The notes: generated by a model from the sequence alone, not told the origin. A DNA stretch of 64,000 nt from the human T2T-CHM13v2.0 reference genome, Homo sapiens (GCF_009914755.1 NC_060927.1); one strand, 5' to 3'. Shown: positions 1 through 14,357, numbered from the stretch's first letter. Numbers and translations are program-made.

Positions 1-832
1 TTGCTCATTCGATATTGTCAGCTAAGATGCTTCACAATTCCTTAAGAATTTATTATTGTTGTTGTTGAGGGATGATAGAGTCCTCTTCTTCTCATTTAAG
101 TGACGTGTATCGAAAAGGAAAAATGACAAATAAGAAAGGACTTGGGAAAATTTCCTCCACTCCTGACTTCCAGACCTTTAGAACTTAATGCTTTCCGTTC
201 AGTACTTCTGCCCCCTAACCTTAAAGTCTTGAGAGAAGAATGACTGGTGTTGACAGGATGCTTGTTTACTGGCTTCTGCCTAATTTTTGAGGCATGAAGT
301 GGCCATCTCATATAAAGCAAGTAGTTCACATCCTGGGACTGAGACTACAACCTGGTTTCTCCTTGTCTTGTTTCGATGGAGTTATTCTGTATCCTGTGAA
401 GAATCTCTGTTTTGTCATATTGTATTCCCTCTTTAAATCTTTTATATCTCTTTCTCGTACTATTTTGCCCCTGATGCTGTTTCTTTCTTTATTTTAAGCT
501 TTAGATTCACCTCTTAAGTTGTCAGCCCACATGGCCATACATGACCATGGTTCTTACTGGTGTGAAGAAAGCAGATTGTAGCTGGTTGTTTGAGATGCCT
601 TCTTAGGTGGACCAACCTCTCTCGGGTTCTTTGGTTTTATCTCTTGCTCTTCCTCTTGAATGTTTATGATACTTCCTGGTCACGTCATTTCTCTTTGACT
701 CTTTCTTTCTTCCTTCCTTAGGTTCCGGATTCATACAGGTATGAATCTACTTCCCCATCTTTGCCAACCCTGGCATCGTGCCCCCTTGATTCCTTGGCTT
801 TTCACAGGCTAGATGCTTAATGGACTCTGGAA

Positions 833-866
833 GCCTTTATCTCTAGGACGCCTTTATCTGTAGGAC
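833..866. repeat. 2 x 17-bp tandem duplication
   Basis: gcctttatctctaggac / gcctttatctgtaggac, one mismatch. Confidence 0.85.
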
Positions 867-871
867 TGGGC

Positions 872-925
872 TTTTTTGTTTGTTTGAGACAGGGTCTCAC
901 TCCGATCACCCAGGCTGGAGTGTAG
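872..925 (-). mobile_element. Short Alu 3'-end fragment
   Basis: T-rich tail then gagacagggtctcactcc...cccaggctggagtg; similarity then stops. Confidence 0.75.
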
Positions 926-1574
926 ACCTGGGGTTTCTAAACACTCTTCACCTTGTGCTCAGCTCCTTGTATGATACCGACCGGATCCTATCCATGGACA
1001 ATAACAATCTTGAATGTGTTCACAATGCCTGGGGGAATAAGTCCCAATCCGGCCAGGAAATGCTGATCTCCTTCCGACGGGATCTGCTTGTCTCACCTCA
1101 GCGCCAGTTGCTTCCCTTTACAATCTCTTTGCTGGCCAGGTTAGAACATGTGCTAATTCTCTGAAAACACACCATGCTTTCCTTCCTCTGTGTCTTTGCT
1201 TGAATGGTTCTCTCAGTCCAGAATACATTTTAAATATTTCTACTTCCACAAATCTATTCTATAGTATTTATCAAAATAGTACCTTCCCTATTAAGTCTCC
1301 CCTGATTCTTTAGCTGAAAGTTATTTTGATTTCCTCTGAGTTCCTGTTAATTTTGTGGGTACTTCTGTTAGGCTTCTTAGCATTCTACAGATAAGGAGAT
1401 GGGACTTCGTTTAAACAGCTCTGGGCCACAAATATAGCATGTAGAACTGTGGAGATTCTAACTCACATTTTAACCTAAAATGCCATACTCTTTTTATCCT
1501 ATTACATTCTTCTCATTCCATATATGTCTATCTTATGTAGTATGATTGAAGGCAGGGTGCTTGAATAAGGTGTA

Positions 1575-1800
1575 ATGTTTTTGACTACTTAGCATATCCT
1601 AGGCACTGTGTGACATATTTTGCATTTATTTAATTTGGCTGTCATAAAATTTCTGCAAGGCAGGTACAGTTACTATTCCCACTTTACATATGAGGAAGTG
1701 AGGTATGGAAAGATTATGTAACTTGTCCAAGGTTAGGCAGCTAGCAGGTGACAGGCAGGACACCAGCTTAGGCAGTGTGGCATCACAGCCTATGCTTGTA
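1575..1800 (-). mobile_element. MIR
   Basis: MIR core tattcccactttacatatgaggaagtgagg...gtaacttgtccaaggttaggcagctag. Confidence 0.75.
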
Positions 1801-2122
1801 ACTGCCGTGCAATGCTGTAGGTAAGCAAGAGCTAACAATATAAGCCTGAAACTACTGGCTTTCTCAGTTGATGGTATTTGAGAAGTGTGGTCTATGATAT
1901 TCCTCAGTAACTTTCATCCATGGAAAACCAACATATCTCATTTCTATAGGTTTTAGGATTTAAATATTTTTAAGGATTTTTCTGTTGTAGACTTTAAATT
2001 TACGATTTGAGATAAACTGAATGCTAAATCTTTCCTGCTTGGGAAGAATTCAGATGTAAAATTGTAATTTGTATTATTGGAAAACAACTCCAGTTTTATG
2101 CATTCTATGCAAGGATGAGCTA

Positions 2123-2488
2123 TGTATTAGTTCATTTTCACGCTGCTGATAAAGACATACCCGAGACTGGGAAGAAGAAGAGGGTTAATTGGACTTACAA
2201 TTCCACATGGCTGGGGGAGGCTTCAGAATCATGGTGGGAGGTGAAAGGCACATCTTACATGGCGGCAGCAAGAGAAAATGAGGAGGAAGCAAAAGCGGGA
2301 ACCCCTGATAAACCCATCAGATCTCATGAAACTTATTCACTACCATGAGAACAGTATGGGGGGACCATCTCCATGATTCACATGATCTCCCACGGCATCC
2401 CTCCCACAACACGTGGGAATTATTGGAGTATAATTCAAGATGTGATTTGGGTGGGGACACAAAGCCATGACTAGAATAAACCACATCA
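2123..2488 (-). mobile_element. THE1 (probably THE1A/B) MaLR solo LTR
   Basis: tgtattagttcattttcacgctgctgataaagacatacccgagactggg...gatttgggtggggacac...aaaccacatca; flanked by agcta/agtta (5-bp TSD, one mismatch). Confidence 0.9.
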
Positions 2489-3456
2489 AGTTACCTGCTT
2501 ATCTAAAGTTTTAGAAGGTGTTCACAATGTTATTCGAAAGCCAACTTAGTGTAGTGAGCATTTGGAGAAGCATCCTTTATACAAGTGAGATGACATACAT
2601 TGTTAATATGTGCTTTTATGTTTGTCTTTGCAAGATCTGAGCTAGAATAGAATCATAGCTCTAGGGCCAATTAGAGTGGGAGATAGTTTAATAGATAACA
2701 CAGGTGCTATTTTGTCAAGTTGCATGGTTTCTGGACAGTTTACAGAGAAAAAATTTTTAGCTGAGAGCCTGATGAAGTCTTAAGGCTATTATTAATAGTA
2801 ATATTTGGGGACTAGCAAAGTGCTCACATAAAAAGCACCAACAAGGATTAAAAAAAGAGAAGGTACTGACCAGATTCACTGCCTTCTATTCCCAAAAAGA
2901 TTATTAAAAGGTTCATGTAAATAGAATATGCGCACACCCAGGAGAAAGTGATTTATTTTTAAGCTGAAGCCGAGGTTTTACACATCCCTGATAATAGGGT
3001 TTAATTAATGTTTGGAGTGAATAAAACACACTCAGAAGAAGTGTAGTCATATCCTTAATTTCCTTGATTGGCAAAGTAATTGATATCATGTGTGACATTT
3101 GAGTCAGTGCTATTTTATCAGTCACTTGCTCTCTGCGAGACAGAGACTGTGATTGAAAACAGTAGGTATGGGTACTTGATTTTAAAATGAACTCTATCAT
3201 AATATACTGATTACAGAATCAGAAGGGCAATGTTGGTGAATATTTTTGGGCAAAAAATGACTGTAACCTATTCTAGATATGGTAAAACCAGCTCTCAGTA
3301 CTTACCCTATAAAGAGAATATTGGTTTTTTTCAGAATTTTGCAGAGGGTCTTTTTACTTAGGGAACAAAGAGAACTGTAATTGTCAAATGTGGTTGTAAA
3401 ACGGTAAATCTATTTTTGTTCATGGCTCATTCATTCACTTGGCATTTAAAAAAAAA

Positions 3457-3748
3457 TTTTTTTATTTGTTTATTTTAGAGACAGGATTTTGCTGTCACCC
3501 AGGCTTGAGTGCACTAGTGCAGTCATAGCTTACTGCACGCTCAAACTCCTGATCTTAAACAATCCTCCTGTCACAGCTTCTCGAGTAGCTGGGACTATTG
3601 GTGTGCCCCACCACACCTGGCTAATTTTCTATTTTTTGTAGAGATGGGATCTTGCTATGTTGTCCATGTTGGCACTGGGCTCAAATGATTCTTTGCTTTC
3701 GCCTCCCCAACCACTGCGATTACAGGCGTGAGCCAATGGGCCTGACCT
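3457..3748 (-). mobile_element. Alu, old (AluJ-like)
   Basis: Diverged dimeric antisense Alu; TSD-like tcacttggcattta / tcatttggcgttta. Confidence 0.9.
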
Positions 3749-5175
3749 CATTTGGCGTTTATTGACACCATATTAGAAACCCTGTACTACGTATAAAGAT
3801 TATTGGGGGAAACTTCTCAGCTATGCATGTGTGTACATGCATATGTGCTCATTAGATCTTGGTGTAAGTACAGTTTTTCTTCTAGTCATGGTTTAAAATA
3901 TCTGAAAAGGTGCTATGGGGACACAGCAGTTTACACCAACAGGGACCTTATAATTAAGTAGATATGACTGTAACATAGAGAGCGATAACGTTATAAAAGA
4001 AACACAGGTATGTTACTATAAGAATGTGATGAACAAATCATTTGATAAAGATATCAGCAGAGGCTTAGTGTGGGAGATGCCTTTTGGCTGGACTTGGGCA
4101 GTTGGTTAATTCTGAATGGGGTTTGGGGTAGGGGAGTCAGGTGAGGATTGGTGTGTGTAGGTATGCCTAAAGGCGTGAAAATATTTCCAAGAAGGATTGC
4201 GTTTCTTTTTGCCACTGATGGCAGAGTCAACCTCGGCTTCTGAGTTTAAGAAGAGTGTGAGCACCTCGAGCAAATAAGTCAGCTAAACAAATGGAGCTGA
4301 GGCATTAGAAAACGCCTGTCGATTTTTAAGAAAAGGAGCTCAACTCTAAGAGTGCAAGGAAAAATAAATGCGTGGAGTGACAGGATAATAGTCTATAATT
4401 ACTTTTAAGATTGCTATATTGAGGCTGTGACAGTCACTTAGTTCCTGAGTCTTTTCAGGAAAGGGTAAGAGGTAACTAGCCAGAGCTGGAGTCACTCCTT
4501 GTAGAAGTTAGGTGGCTTTGATAGTGACATTAACTCTTCAGAAACTCCATGACTATTATTTGGTATCCAAAGCAGAAATTTATGAAAGAGTCACAGAATT
4601 TTACATCTGTAAGATAATCTTTTGAAAATAATTAGAAAGAATTCAGGTTTAGAATATACATGGGTGATAGACAGAGTAGTGAAAACATCCCCAGAATCTG
4701 GTCCTGCTCAAAAATGGAGCAGAGTTTCTTAGAATGCACTGACGTCTTCACATTGACCCTGCACAGTACCATCCCTGGGAGATCTGGCAAAGGAGACATT
4801 TCAGAAATGTGTGAGTTAGGTGCCATGGCATTAAGATCTTTTCCTACTGTACAACTTCCCGTTTTTAAACTCACCATCTTGATGTACAGCTAACTAATGT
4901 AATTTTCCAAAGTTTCTAGAGAAGACAACAACCTTATTGAGATACTGGGACATCTGGGTGCCAGTCTAGTTCCAGTTACATCTTACTTTTGAAAGAAAGG
5001 AAAATCCATTAAAATTAGAATTTGTCTAGGAAGCATCTCCCTCCCAGGAGCGGAGTACTAGCTCTTCACTATCATTGGTCTAAGCGCTTGAAATGCTCCC
5101 ATGTTTGGAATCCCATTGTTTATGTATCAGTTCTCCCAACACTTCCACTCGTTAGGGGTATGATTTAAGAGTTAA

Positions 5176-5506
<331 letters not shown>

Positions 5507-6039
5507 CTATACAAATAGTAATTGTATTATTAATGATAGAAATATGAAGCATATTGGTATTAAACTATGAGCTGATACATGGAGCAGCAGATATTGTATT
5601 TTTAGTTCATTTCCTTAGGCAAACTCAAATATTGTACTCGCACAGTTACCTCAGGCATTCACAAGTTAGAGTTCCAGTGCAAACAGTTTGCAGCAAATAT
5701 GAACCACAGTGGTACTATTAGTTTTGCATCCACTAGGCACATTTTCCAGCTTCTGAAGAGATAATTGAAGGAGAACTTGGATATGGGCTAAATTGTGTAT
5801 ATGGATAAAAGATTCAGCAGGGATTTAAGCACTTTCGACCCACATGAAACATTAAATATTAGCTGAGACTCACTTGAAGATGGACTTCTTGATTTTGAAG
5901 AGTTGTCTGCATTTTTATAAAACTACATGAGCATAGTGCATTTTAACTAATAAAGGAAGTGAACACAGTTGAGATGCATTATCTTTCTTAGCCTTAGGGT
6001 ACTGGGTGTTACTATTATAATTTTTAAAAATGTATGCTT

Positions 6040-6240
6040 TTCAATTTTTAAACAGTTTATTATGGAAATGTTTAAACATATACAAAGGGATGAGATTACT
6101 ATAATGTACCGCCAGGAATATATTATCCAGCTTCAGCAATAATTGACTGATGGCCAGTCTTGCTTCACCTATACACCTATTCCTTTCCCTCACCCTGGAT
6201 TATTTTGAAGATAGTCTCAGATATTACGTCAGTTAGTCAC
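6040..6240 (-). mobile_element. Old L1M 3'-UTR fragment
   Basis: tttattatggaaatgtttaaacatatacaaag...ccagcttcagcaataattgac...ggattattttgaag resembles L1MC/ME 3' ends. Confidence 0.5.
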
Positions 6241-8569
6241 TTCTGCAAATTTTAGTCTTTAGTAGGTATGTCTAAAACATCTCTCAACCATAAATAACAT
6301 GTCAGGAGAGCTCTTTTGCAAGATGTTTATTGATCTTGTGCCTTTTGCATGAGTATGGGAATGGCTACTGTTTTATGGAAAAGGAGATTAAAGAATGCAG
6401 TGTGGGTTTTTTTTCATGGCCGATTTCTTTCTTTCCTTCTTTTTTTTTTTCTGGAAGTAGGATTGGTTTGGGGCATGATGTAGGAATGTTATTGGGTAAG
6501 GGTTTAAACTCTATGTGGCTTCTGTGGTTTGGAGAGACCCCAGGTTGATCTGATCTACTATAGTTAACAAGTCAGATAAACTAGATTTTATTTGTAATCC
6601 TTTTGTACTGAAGCCCAAACAACTGGCATTCTTAAATTAGCTAGAATATCACTTAGTATTCCATTTATAGAAGAGTTGTGGTTTTAATTTAAAAAATACT
6701 GTAAGTGGAGCTACTGAAATAGGCCCAAGTTTATTATAGCTAATACTTCATTACAGAGACTTCCGCCATTCCCTAAATCTAAGGAGGGGGTTGTTTGTAT
6801 ACCAAACATAGTAGATGTTTCTGTTTGACTAGATTACCTAGAAAATGGCACCTAGGGTAACAACTTATGTGCTTAATTTGAATGAACACGCCCAGAAAAA
6901 CAGGAGAGAGGAAAAAAAGAAAAGTAAGAGAAAAGAGGAGAGAGAGCACATAGAGAGAGGTACATTATCAAGCTGTCCACAGCTTCCTGACAAGAGCAGC
7001 TGAGTTCTTGGTATCACAGCACATCTTCACAAAGGCCTCATAAACTAGCGTGTCTCAGAATAGTTCATTAATAGGAGGGAGGAAGAAGAATTTACGTAGC
7101 AGTTCCTGATTCCCATCGTTCAAAGTACATATTTCCTTTTTAGTATTGACTTTTCCAGGAAACTTGTTTTATTAGTACTCCTACTTTCCAAAATAATTCT
7201 CTATGTATGGTTTTATTTTTTAAAATGAAAACGATAGGAAAGAAAATTCTTCGAATTCATTGTCATGGGGACTCATACTCAGAGAATTGGATATGACAAT
7301 ACTCAACACCAAACCTAGTTCTGAACCCCAATATCTGATTATTATCAATAGAATCAGATCAAGGGAATACTTATTTTCCTCTTAGCAATCTATATTGATT
7401 ATTCATGGGGGGGGTTCTTTGTTCTGAGATCAGGAGAATGCCCTGGTTATATGTCCATGTGTGGCCTTAGTCAGTTTCTCATGTTTCTTATGTTCATGTA
7501 TCTTTTGCTTAAAATTGGAAATATCTACCTTCAAGGAAATACTGTCGAAGACATGGTTGACAATTTCATAGCAGCAGTTTGATGAAATCATTTTGCACAC
7601 TGAGTAAATTAGTCAATTATGTAAAAATTTTATCTGTAGTTTTGTCCACCTTATGACAAAAATTTTGGAGAAAAACAACAGCCTTATTGATTTACAGACA
7701 TCTTTCTATTTATCAGTACTAGCATCAGCTTTCTGGGACATGTCAACTTTCCTGTTTTTGAGTCTGAATGGATCCATAAACCTAAACTTGCTGCAATTGG
7801 AGTGCAGATATCAAGACTATTGCAGAGGTCTTCTCACACATTATCTGTGTGCCTTGAGAATGGGACCTCTACTTTGGATTCTATTTCATCCATCCTATAC
7901 AAAGAGATCAAGCAAGATAATCACGTATTCTCTCTGCTTTGGCCTTTGAAGACTTTAAATGACTTAGCTTGGTATTAAATATTTCATCCAGGAGAAGTTG
8001 GGACTTGAAAATCAGGCTTTGTCCCTTGCAGAAAACTTGACTGGTTCCAGGCGCAGTTACTGTTGGAACAGAATTCTCTTTAATCTTTTGCGGCCATTAT
8101 CAACATTGATTTTATTCCTTGTGCAGGGCAGTAGAGTTCCAGCTTCTGTGTTATTACTTTTAAAACATGGTATAATTTTAGGAAACCATTTTCTTTGTTT
8201 CTGAAGGTGTATGTATAGGCTATGTTCTTCACATTAGATTTTTATTTTGAAAGAACATGGCAAAGTGTGGAAAACAAGGAACATAGTTAACATGATCAAG
8301 ATATCTGAAATTGTGTAATTAGTGATAGCTTGGATAAAGTTGATATGAATAAGTAATATAGAGCAGGGAGTGTCCATGAATGGAGTGGAGTTAGCCTCAT
8401 GTCAAAGTTTACTGTCCCCCAGCCAGACCTCAGCTTGTAGACTTAGTATTCAATTTGGTTACTCTACTGTGAAAGAGATACTCTCATCTGGAGAAGACCA
8501 GCCAAGATAGAGAGAGAACTAGGCTATGTCTTGGGAGGAACTATTGAAAGAGATTGTAAGGTGACTTTA

Positions 8570-8850
8570 AGAAGGTGATAATCAGGGATACCAGAGGAAG
8601 ACTTAGAGGACTCCAGAGGATAGAAATATGCCAGAATACAGAACTTAAACAGAGGCAAATTTTCATTCAGTACAGAAAAAGAGTTTCTGACAAAGTGATC
8701 TGAAGGTAGAATGGGCTGTCCTGGGGGATGGTGAGCTCCTTCCCACTGGAGGATTTTCAAGCCTTAGCCTAGTGACCCCTAAGGATATCAAGATGTACAA
8801 GGGTCAGTTTGTGGTTTAACTAGGTGACCTTCCCCTCCAACCTAAAGACA
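8570..8850 (+). mobile_element. CR1/L3 3'-end fragment
   Basis: gaatgggctgtcctgggggatggtgagctccttcccactggaggattttcaagc...ctaggtgaccttcccctccaacc. Confidence 0.55.
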
Positions 8851-10107
8851 TTTTTGTTGTCTGGCTAGACATCTTACTTCCCATAGTCTTTTAAAAAATA
8901 AAATTAAAAGGCAATAAATAACTTCTGACAAAAGAAAATAGAAGCCATGTTCTTATCACCCAGTAATGAATATATTGATATGGTTCTTTCAAGTAACTTT
9001 TAACCTTTTACAATATACGTATCAAATGCATGTATCATAGGTGATATGTTCAATAATTTTTGCAAATTGTGCATTTTTGTTTAAAAAACACCCAGATCAA
9101 GAAATAGAACCTCACTAGTCACTCAGACTACTTCATCTCCCCATGAAAAACACCATTATGATGTCTAACAGCATAGATTAGTTTTGCTTATTTTTGTATC
9201 ATATGTAAAAGGAACCACACAGAATTTATTAAGTATTTTTAATTGTGGTTTTCGTTTTTTGACTCAGGCTTAAATAGCTCTCTTTTTATTGTCCACAGAT
9301 TTTTATATATGCCTAGTCTTGCAAAGTTATTGTAGGCAGCACCTTAATGAGGTTTTAAGGGAATTTTGCTATTCTAACATTGGAAAATTTAGGCTGTTTT
9401 CAGTTTTTATCTGTTATAATCTTTGGGCTTGTAGCTTTCCTATCCCCTCCACACCCATTTCTTCACTCATATTTCTCACAATATTTCAAATTGATTTCCA
9501 TATGTGGAATTATTAGTTCAAATGGTACAATGAAGTTTTAAAGTTTGATATTTACCAAATTTTAATCCAAAAGTTACCAAATTATACTTGCATTAGTAAT
9601 ATTTAATAGTGCCTATTGCTTTGTTTTAAAAAATGTGCTAATTTTATGAGAATGGCTTTTCTTCAATTATTAATAGGGCAACACTTTCTTTCACGTTTGT
9701 AAACTAGTTATAGATTTGGTACATGTAGTCAGTCACTGTGCTAAATTCTCCTTAAGAATTACGTCTCTTTTTTGAAAAACTAACTTTTAAAATAGACATT
9801 ACTATTATTATTATTATTCTCATTTTGAAGATGGGGTAACTGAGAAACAGAGATACTAACTAATGTAGCTAATGAAGTGAAGCTAATTAGTGTCACATTT
9901 GGAGTTTACTCAAAATATGATACTCTTCAGTTTGATATGCTACTGCCCTTCATGTTATCCTTTTTAAAAAATATTTTTAAATTGATTGTATATTATTGCA
10001 TTAGCATATTTAGCCAATTTATATGAGCTTTATATATAGCATATGTGTGTGTTACCTTCCTGGTAACACACCAAATGGCTCATATAAATTTAGCCAATTT
10101 ATATGAG

Positions 10108-10108
<1 letters not shown>

Positions 10109-10191
<83 letters not shown>
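10109..10191. repeat. Compound (TA)n-(TG)n microsatellite
   Basis: About 19 TA units, GCA, then about 20 TG units. Confidence 0.97.
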
Positions 10192-10195
<4 letters not shown>

Positions 10196-10380
10196 TTTTT
10201 GGGTGTTTATTTTTAATTTTGTTCCAATTTAGAAGCATATAAAAGTTTGTTTCAATGTGTTTTTTAAATTATTCAAGTTGTAATCAAACTGAAACTAATT
10301 TTGGTCAAAGGTGAGGCTCTACATTGATTTTTAAATAATTTACCCGTTTTTCCAATTTCATTTAATAAATAATCTTTTCT

Positions 10381-10678
10381 AGCCGAGCACGGTGGGTCAC
10401 ACCTGTAATTCCAGCACTTTGGGAGGCCGAGGCTGGCAGATCACCTGAGGTCAGGAATTTGTGACCAACCTGGCCAACATGGTGAAACACTGTCTCTACT
10501 AAAAATACAAAATTAGCCAGGCATGGTGGGGGGCACTTGTAATCCCAGCTTCTTGGGAGGCTGAGGCAGGAGAATTGCTTGAACCAGGAGGCAGAGGCTG
10601 CAATGAGCTGAGATTGTGCCATTGCACTCCTGCCTGGGAGGCAGAGCAAGACTGTCTCCAAAAACAACAACAACAAAA
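10381..10678 (+). mobile_element. Alu (AluS)
   Basis: Full dimer with (CAA)n tail; TSD-like aaataatcttttct / aaataatctttcct. Confidence 0.95.
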
Positions 10679-10758
10679 ATAATCTTTCCTTTACTGATTC
10701 ATTTGTGGTGTCTCTTTTACTGCATATGTATGAACGTGTGGGGTGTATGTGTATGTGT

Positions 10759-11028
10759 GTTTTAGACATAGGATCTCACTCTGTTGCCCATGTAGGAGTG
10801 AGTGGCACAATCATGGCTCACTCTGACCTTGAACTCTTGGGTGCAAGTGATCTTCCTGTCTCAACCTCCAGAGTAACTAGGACTATAGGTGTGTGTCATC
10901 ATGCCTGACTAATTTAAAAAAAAAAAAAAGTTTAGAAATGGGGTCCTGCAATGTTGCCCAGGCTGGTCTTCAACTCCTGGCCTCAGGTTGATCCTCAAGT
11001 GATTAACCTAGGCCTCCCATAGTGCTAC
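10759..11028 (-). mobile_element. Alu (AluJ-like), inverted relative to the Alu about 80 bp upstream
   Basis: ttagacataggatctcactctgttgccc...gttgcccaggctggtcttcaactcctggcctcag. Confidence 0.9.
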
Positions 11029-11839
11029 AATATATTTGGCAATTATATCTGCGTGCACGGTTTCTTCATTAATGTCGTCTTATTCCTGTGTAAATAACTT
11101 CCACTCCCATTTCATTTTAGATTTTCTTACCCATCTTTGCAATATCTTCAAAAAGAAAGAAGACTTGCAAGAGTCCAATGCTGCATAATATTAATAAACT
11201 TAATTTTCTTAAATTTTCTTCTCTGGCAGAGACCATAAGCAGTATGATATTTAGTCATGCTAGGATAAGACCTGAGTAGAAATTGTACTAGCTATCCAGC
11301 TCGTTTGTTAATTTACTTTTGATGAGACAGAGAACGGTCATTTAACCAGCTTTTGTTCGGTGTCTGTTCGGTACTAGGATCTCCTGAGAAACCCTTGCAT
11401 CCTTTATGTACTTGGTCCTCATAACATTCACACTAAGCATTCATGGCAGAGCCAGCACTGGCACCTGTGGCTTCTATGTTGCTTTTTACCTTGCATTATA
11501 CCAATTCATACTAAGAAAATTGAAGTGTGCCCTAATCACAGTCTTTCATTTGTAAGTCGACTCAATACAGTATTGGATTTGGAGTTTTGAAAGAAAGTAA
11601 AACCTAATTTCCTTCCCCAAAGCTATTATTATTCTATTTAGATAAATGGAAAAGCAGGTATGTGTTGAGGTTTCTAGCTTTTAATCTACAGTGTTTAATA
11701 GGTTTTAAGTTATTTGTTATTGAAATCTTGAAGAAAACACATAAGTTAGATTTCTTGCTTTTATAGCAAAAAATTTTTTGGATGGCTTAGGGAGTCAAGT
11801 GAACCATTTTAAATACAGTATGACTAAATCTGAAAGGCC

Positions 11840-12040
11840 TGATATGGTAGCTGCTAGCCCCATGTGACCATTTGAAGTTGAATTTAAATCTACATTAATT
11901 AAACTTAAATAAAACATTTGTAAAAATTAGTCTCTCAGCCACTAGTCACATTTTGAGTGCTCAGTAGCCATCCCTTGCAAGTATTAGGACAGTATGGAAC
12001 ATTCCCACCACTGCAGAAAGTTCTGTGGTGCAGTGTCCAT
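11840..12040 (-). mobile_element. MER3-like hAT-Charlie element
   Basis: tatggtagctgctagccccatgtg...ctagtcacattttgagtgctcagtagcc...ggaacattcccaccactgcagaaagttct. Confidence 0.7.
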
Positions 12041-14357
12041 CTAGATGATTCTACAAATGGAAGATTTAGGGGAAGAGGAGAAGTAAGTAGTGAGGTGTAC
12101 CTAATTGCTTCTATAAGTTTTAGTACAAAGAACCCTTCCTTTAAAATATTGATATTTGGTGAAACATTCAGATATCACGTTTTAAAGTGATTTCATGGAC
12201 ACTAATCAACAGAGCAACAACATAGATATATCATTGACTACAAGGATGGATCAATACTTGTTCTACCTGTTTCATAACTTAGAGGATTATAGGGCACTCT
12301 ATAACACAGCACCTTAAGTATCAGAAAAATAAAGGCTGCAGGTGTTTGAATGAATTGTTGGATGTTCTGTTTTTATAAACATGTGGTCTTCTCATATTTA
12401 CACCCCATTTGGTTTGGGATGAATCTCCATTCTGAGTCCCTTAAATGTTAGGGAAGCTTAAGATGAGACCCTTTGGATTCTACACACCAATCTAATTTCG
12501 GACCCAATTTGAAGCTGAAAAAGGCTTACTATGGAAAAAAAAAAAAAAAAAAGCCCAAGCCCCAAAACATACACACACAAAACAAAGTAGAACAAAAGGG
12601 GATACCATGATCTTTTTATCAAATTAGGATAATAGGATGACATGGAATTCAGAAGACAGTGTGATATTCTCTGGGAATTTGTTATTTTATGAATGTTCCT
12701 GACTGAAATTTAAATAAAAATAAAATCCAGAGTATACTTCCCCCTTTAGTAACAGATAGAAGTGACACCTTGTTGAATTCCATTTCTGGATTACTCTGTT
12801 TTTATTTTCATCTATTGGCACCCAGGACCTGGTGTTTGGTTTGTAACTATGATGAGTGGGTTGGGGTTAATATGAGAAATTCCGCAATGAGTAAGTCGGA
12901 ACTATTCGGTGTTATGTCCAAGAAAGCTCACATGTCCTAGTTAAGGCTGTGTGAAGTGAATTGGACCATCCTGATGTGGTGGCCCCAAACACTGGGCTTA
13001 ATCCTCTGGTGTGACTGCTTTCACAGGTCTTTTCAAGAGCCTAAGTACCATAAAATATTCTCACAAAAGCCTTCATTCCAAAGAATGTGTGTGTCGGCTC
13101 ATGTCAAGAGCTTTTAGTGTAGAACAATGTGTCGAAAACCACAATCTAATAAACAAACAGATAATCTAGTTCAGTTTTGTCTAAGTAATATAATGTCTTT
13201 ATTAAACTATTTCCTGCACCTTTAGCTCTATTCAGAAGGAGAAAGTTCTGCGTGGGAATGTGTGTATATTTACTCTTAATAGGAGGCCGTGTAGCTCCTG
13301 TGACTGGATGTCTTGTTTTTCTCTTCTGAGTAGCTCTTGTTTTCCATGGTGGGAATTTTCCGTCTTGGTAATTTGGTATTTTACTTGGTTTTCATTGTGA
13401 AGTGTGGAAGTGTGTACACCTTAGTTTTAGAAATGTTGTTTTATCACCTGCATCTCAGTTATCAAGGGCCAAGTCAGAAAGTTCTCACGTGTTTTTAAGC
13501 CTTTCTACCAGACCTTGAACTATCCATTAAGTCAAAGGGGATAGGCTATTTCCATGAAGAAGGTTTAGGGATTCCTGGCAGGGCAGGAAGAAGGGGCAAG
13601 ATTTGCGAGGATCAGAATCCTAGGTACTCTCCTTTAGACTGCCTGGTGACTACTCATTTGTCATATGGAAAATCATGGCTCAATAGTTCAGTAGAATAAA
13701 ACTTTGTGGAAATTTCTGAATATTAAAGGCTTCATTTTCAACACGGCAGTGAGATGGGAGAGTCAGGGTCATTCATTGGTATTGTCCACGTTACTGGTTG
13801 CTTTTTGTCTGATCTTGCCTGGAGAATTATTTTTAAGTAATGTGCCTGGAAAGTGCCTACTTACAGTTAGGTTAACGGCCATCTTATGGCATCAGGAGGA
13901 GCTTTCTGGCTATACCTATTAAAGGAAGCCTTAGTCTCTTATTGCCATTAATTGACCCTTGCATTTTGAGTCATAGAATCATAAACCATCAGTGTCGAGA
14001 GGGCTACTAAGCAGTTTCCTTGGATTAATAAAGCTTGTATCTTCTTTATAATACTCATGTCAAGTGGCCTTCCTGCCTCTACTTGAATACTTCCAGTTAT
14101 TTGTCAATCTCACATCCTCAAACCAGGTAATTTCTATTTAATTTTTGCCCTTAATCTTCAGGGTTTATAAATACCTATTGATAATACCTTCGTTAATATG
14201 GTGCTTTGAAACTCTTCATTTTTTTCCCTAAATAAACTTGTAATTTTTCTTTCTATATCATGACAGTAGAGGCTCATATTTTTATGCCTTTTAGTCTCAG
14301 TTATATTTTTGTCTGAAGAGCTAAATATACTTGAAAAAAGTGGTTTCTGTCATCTCA

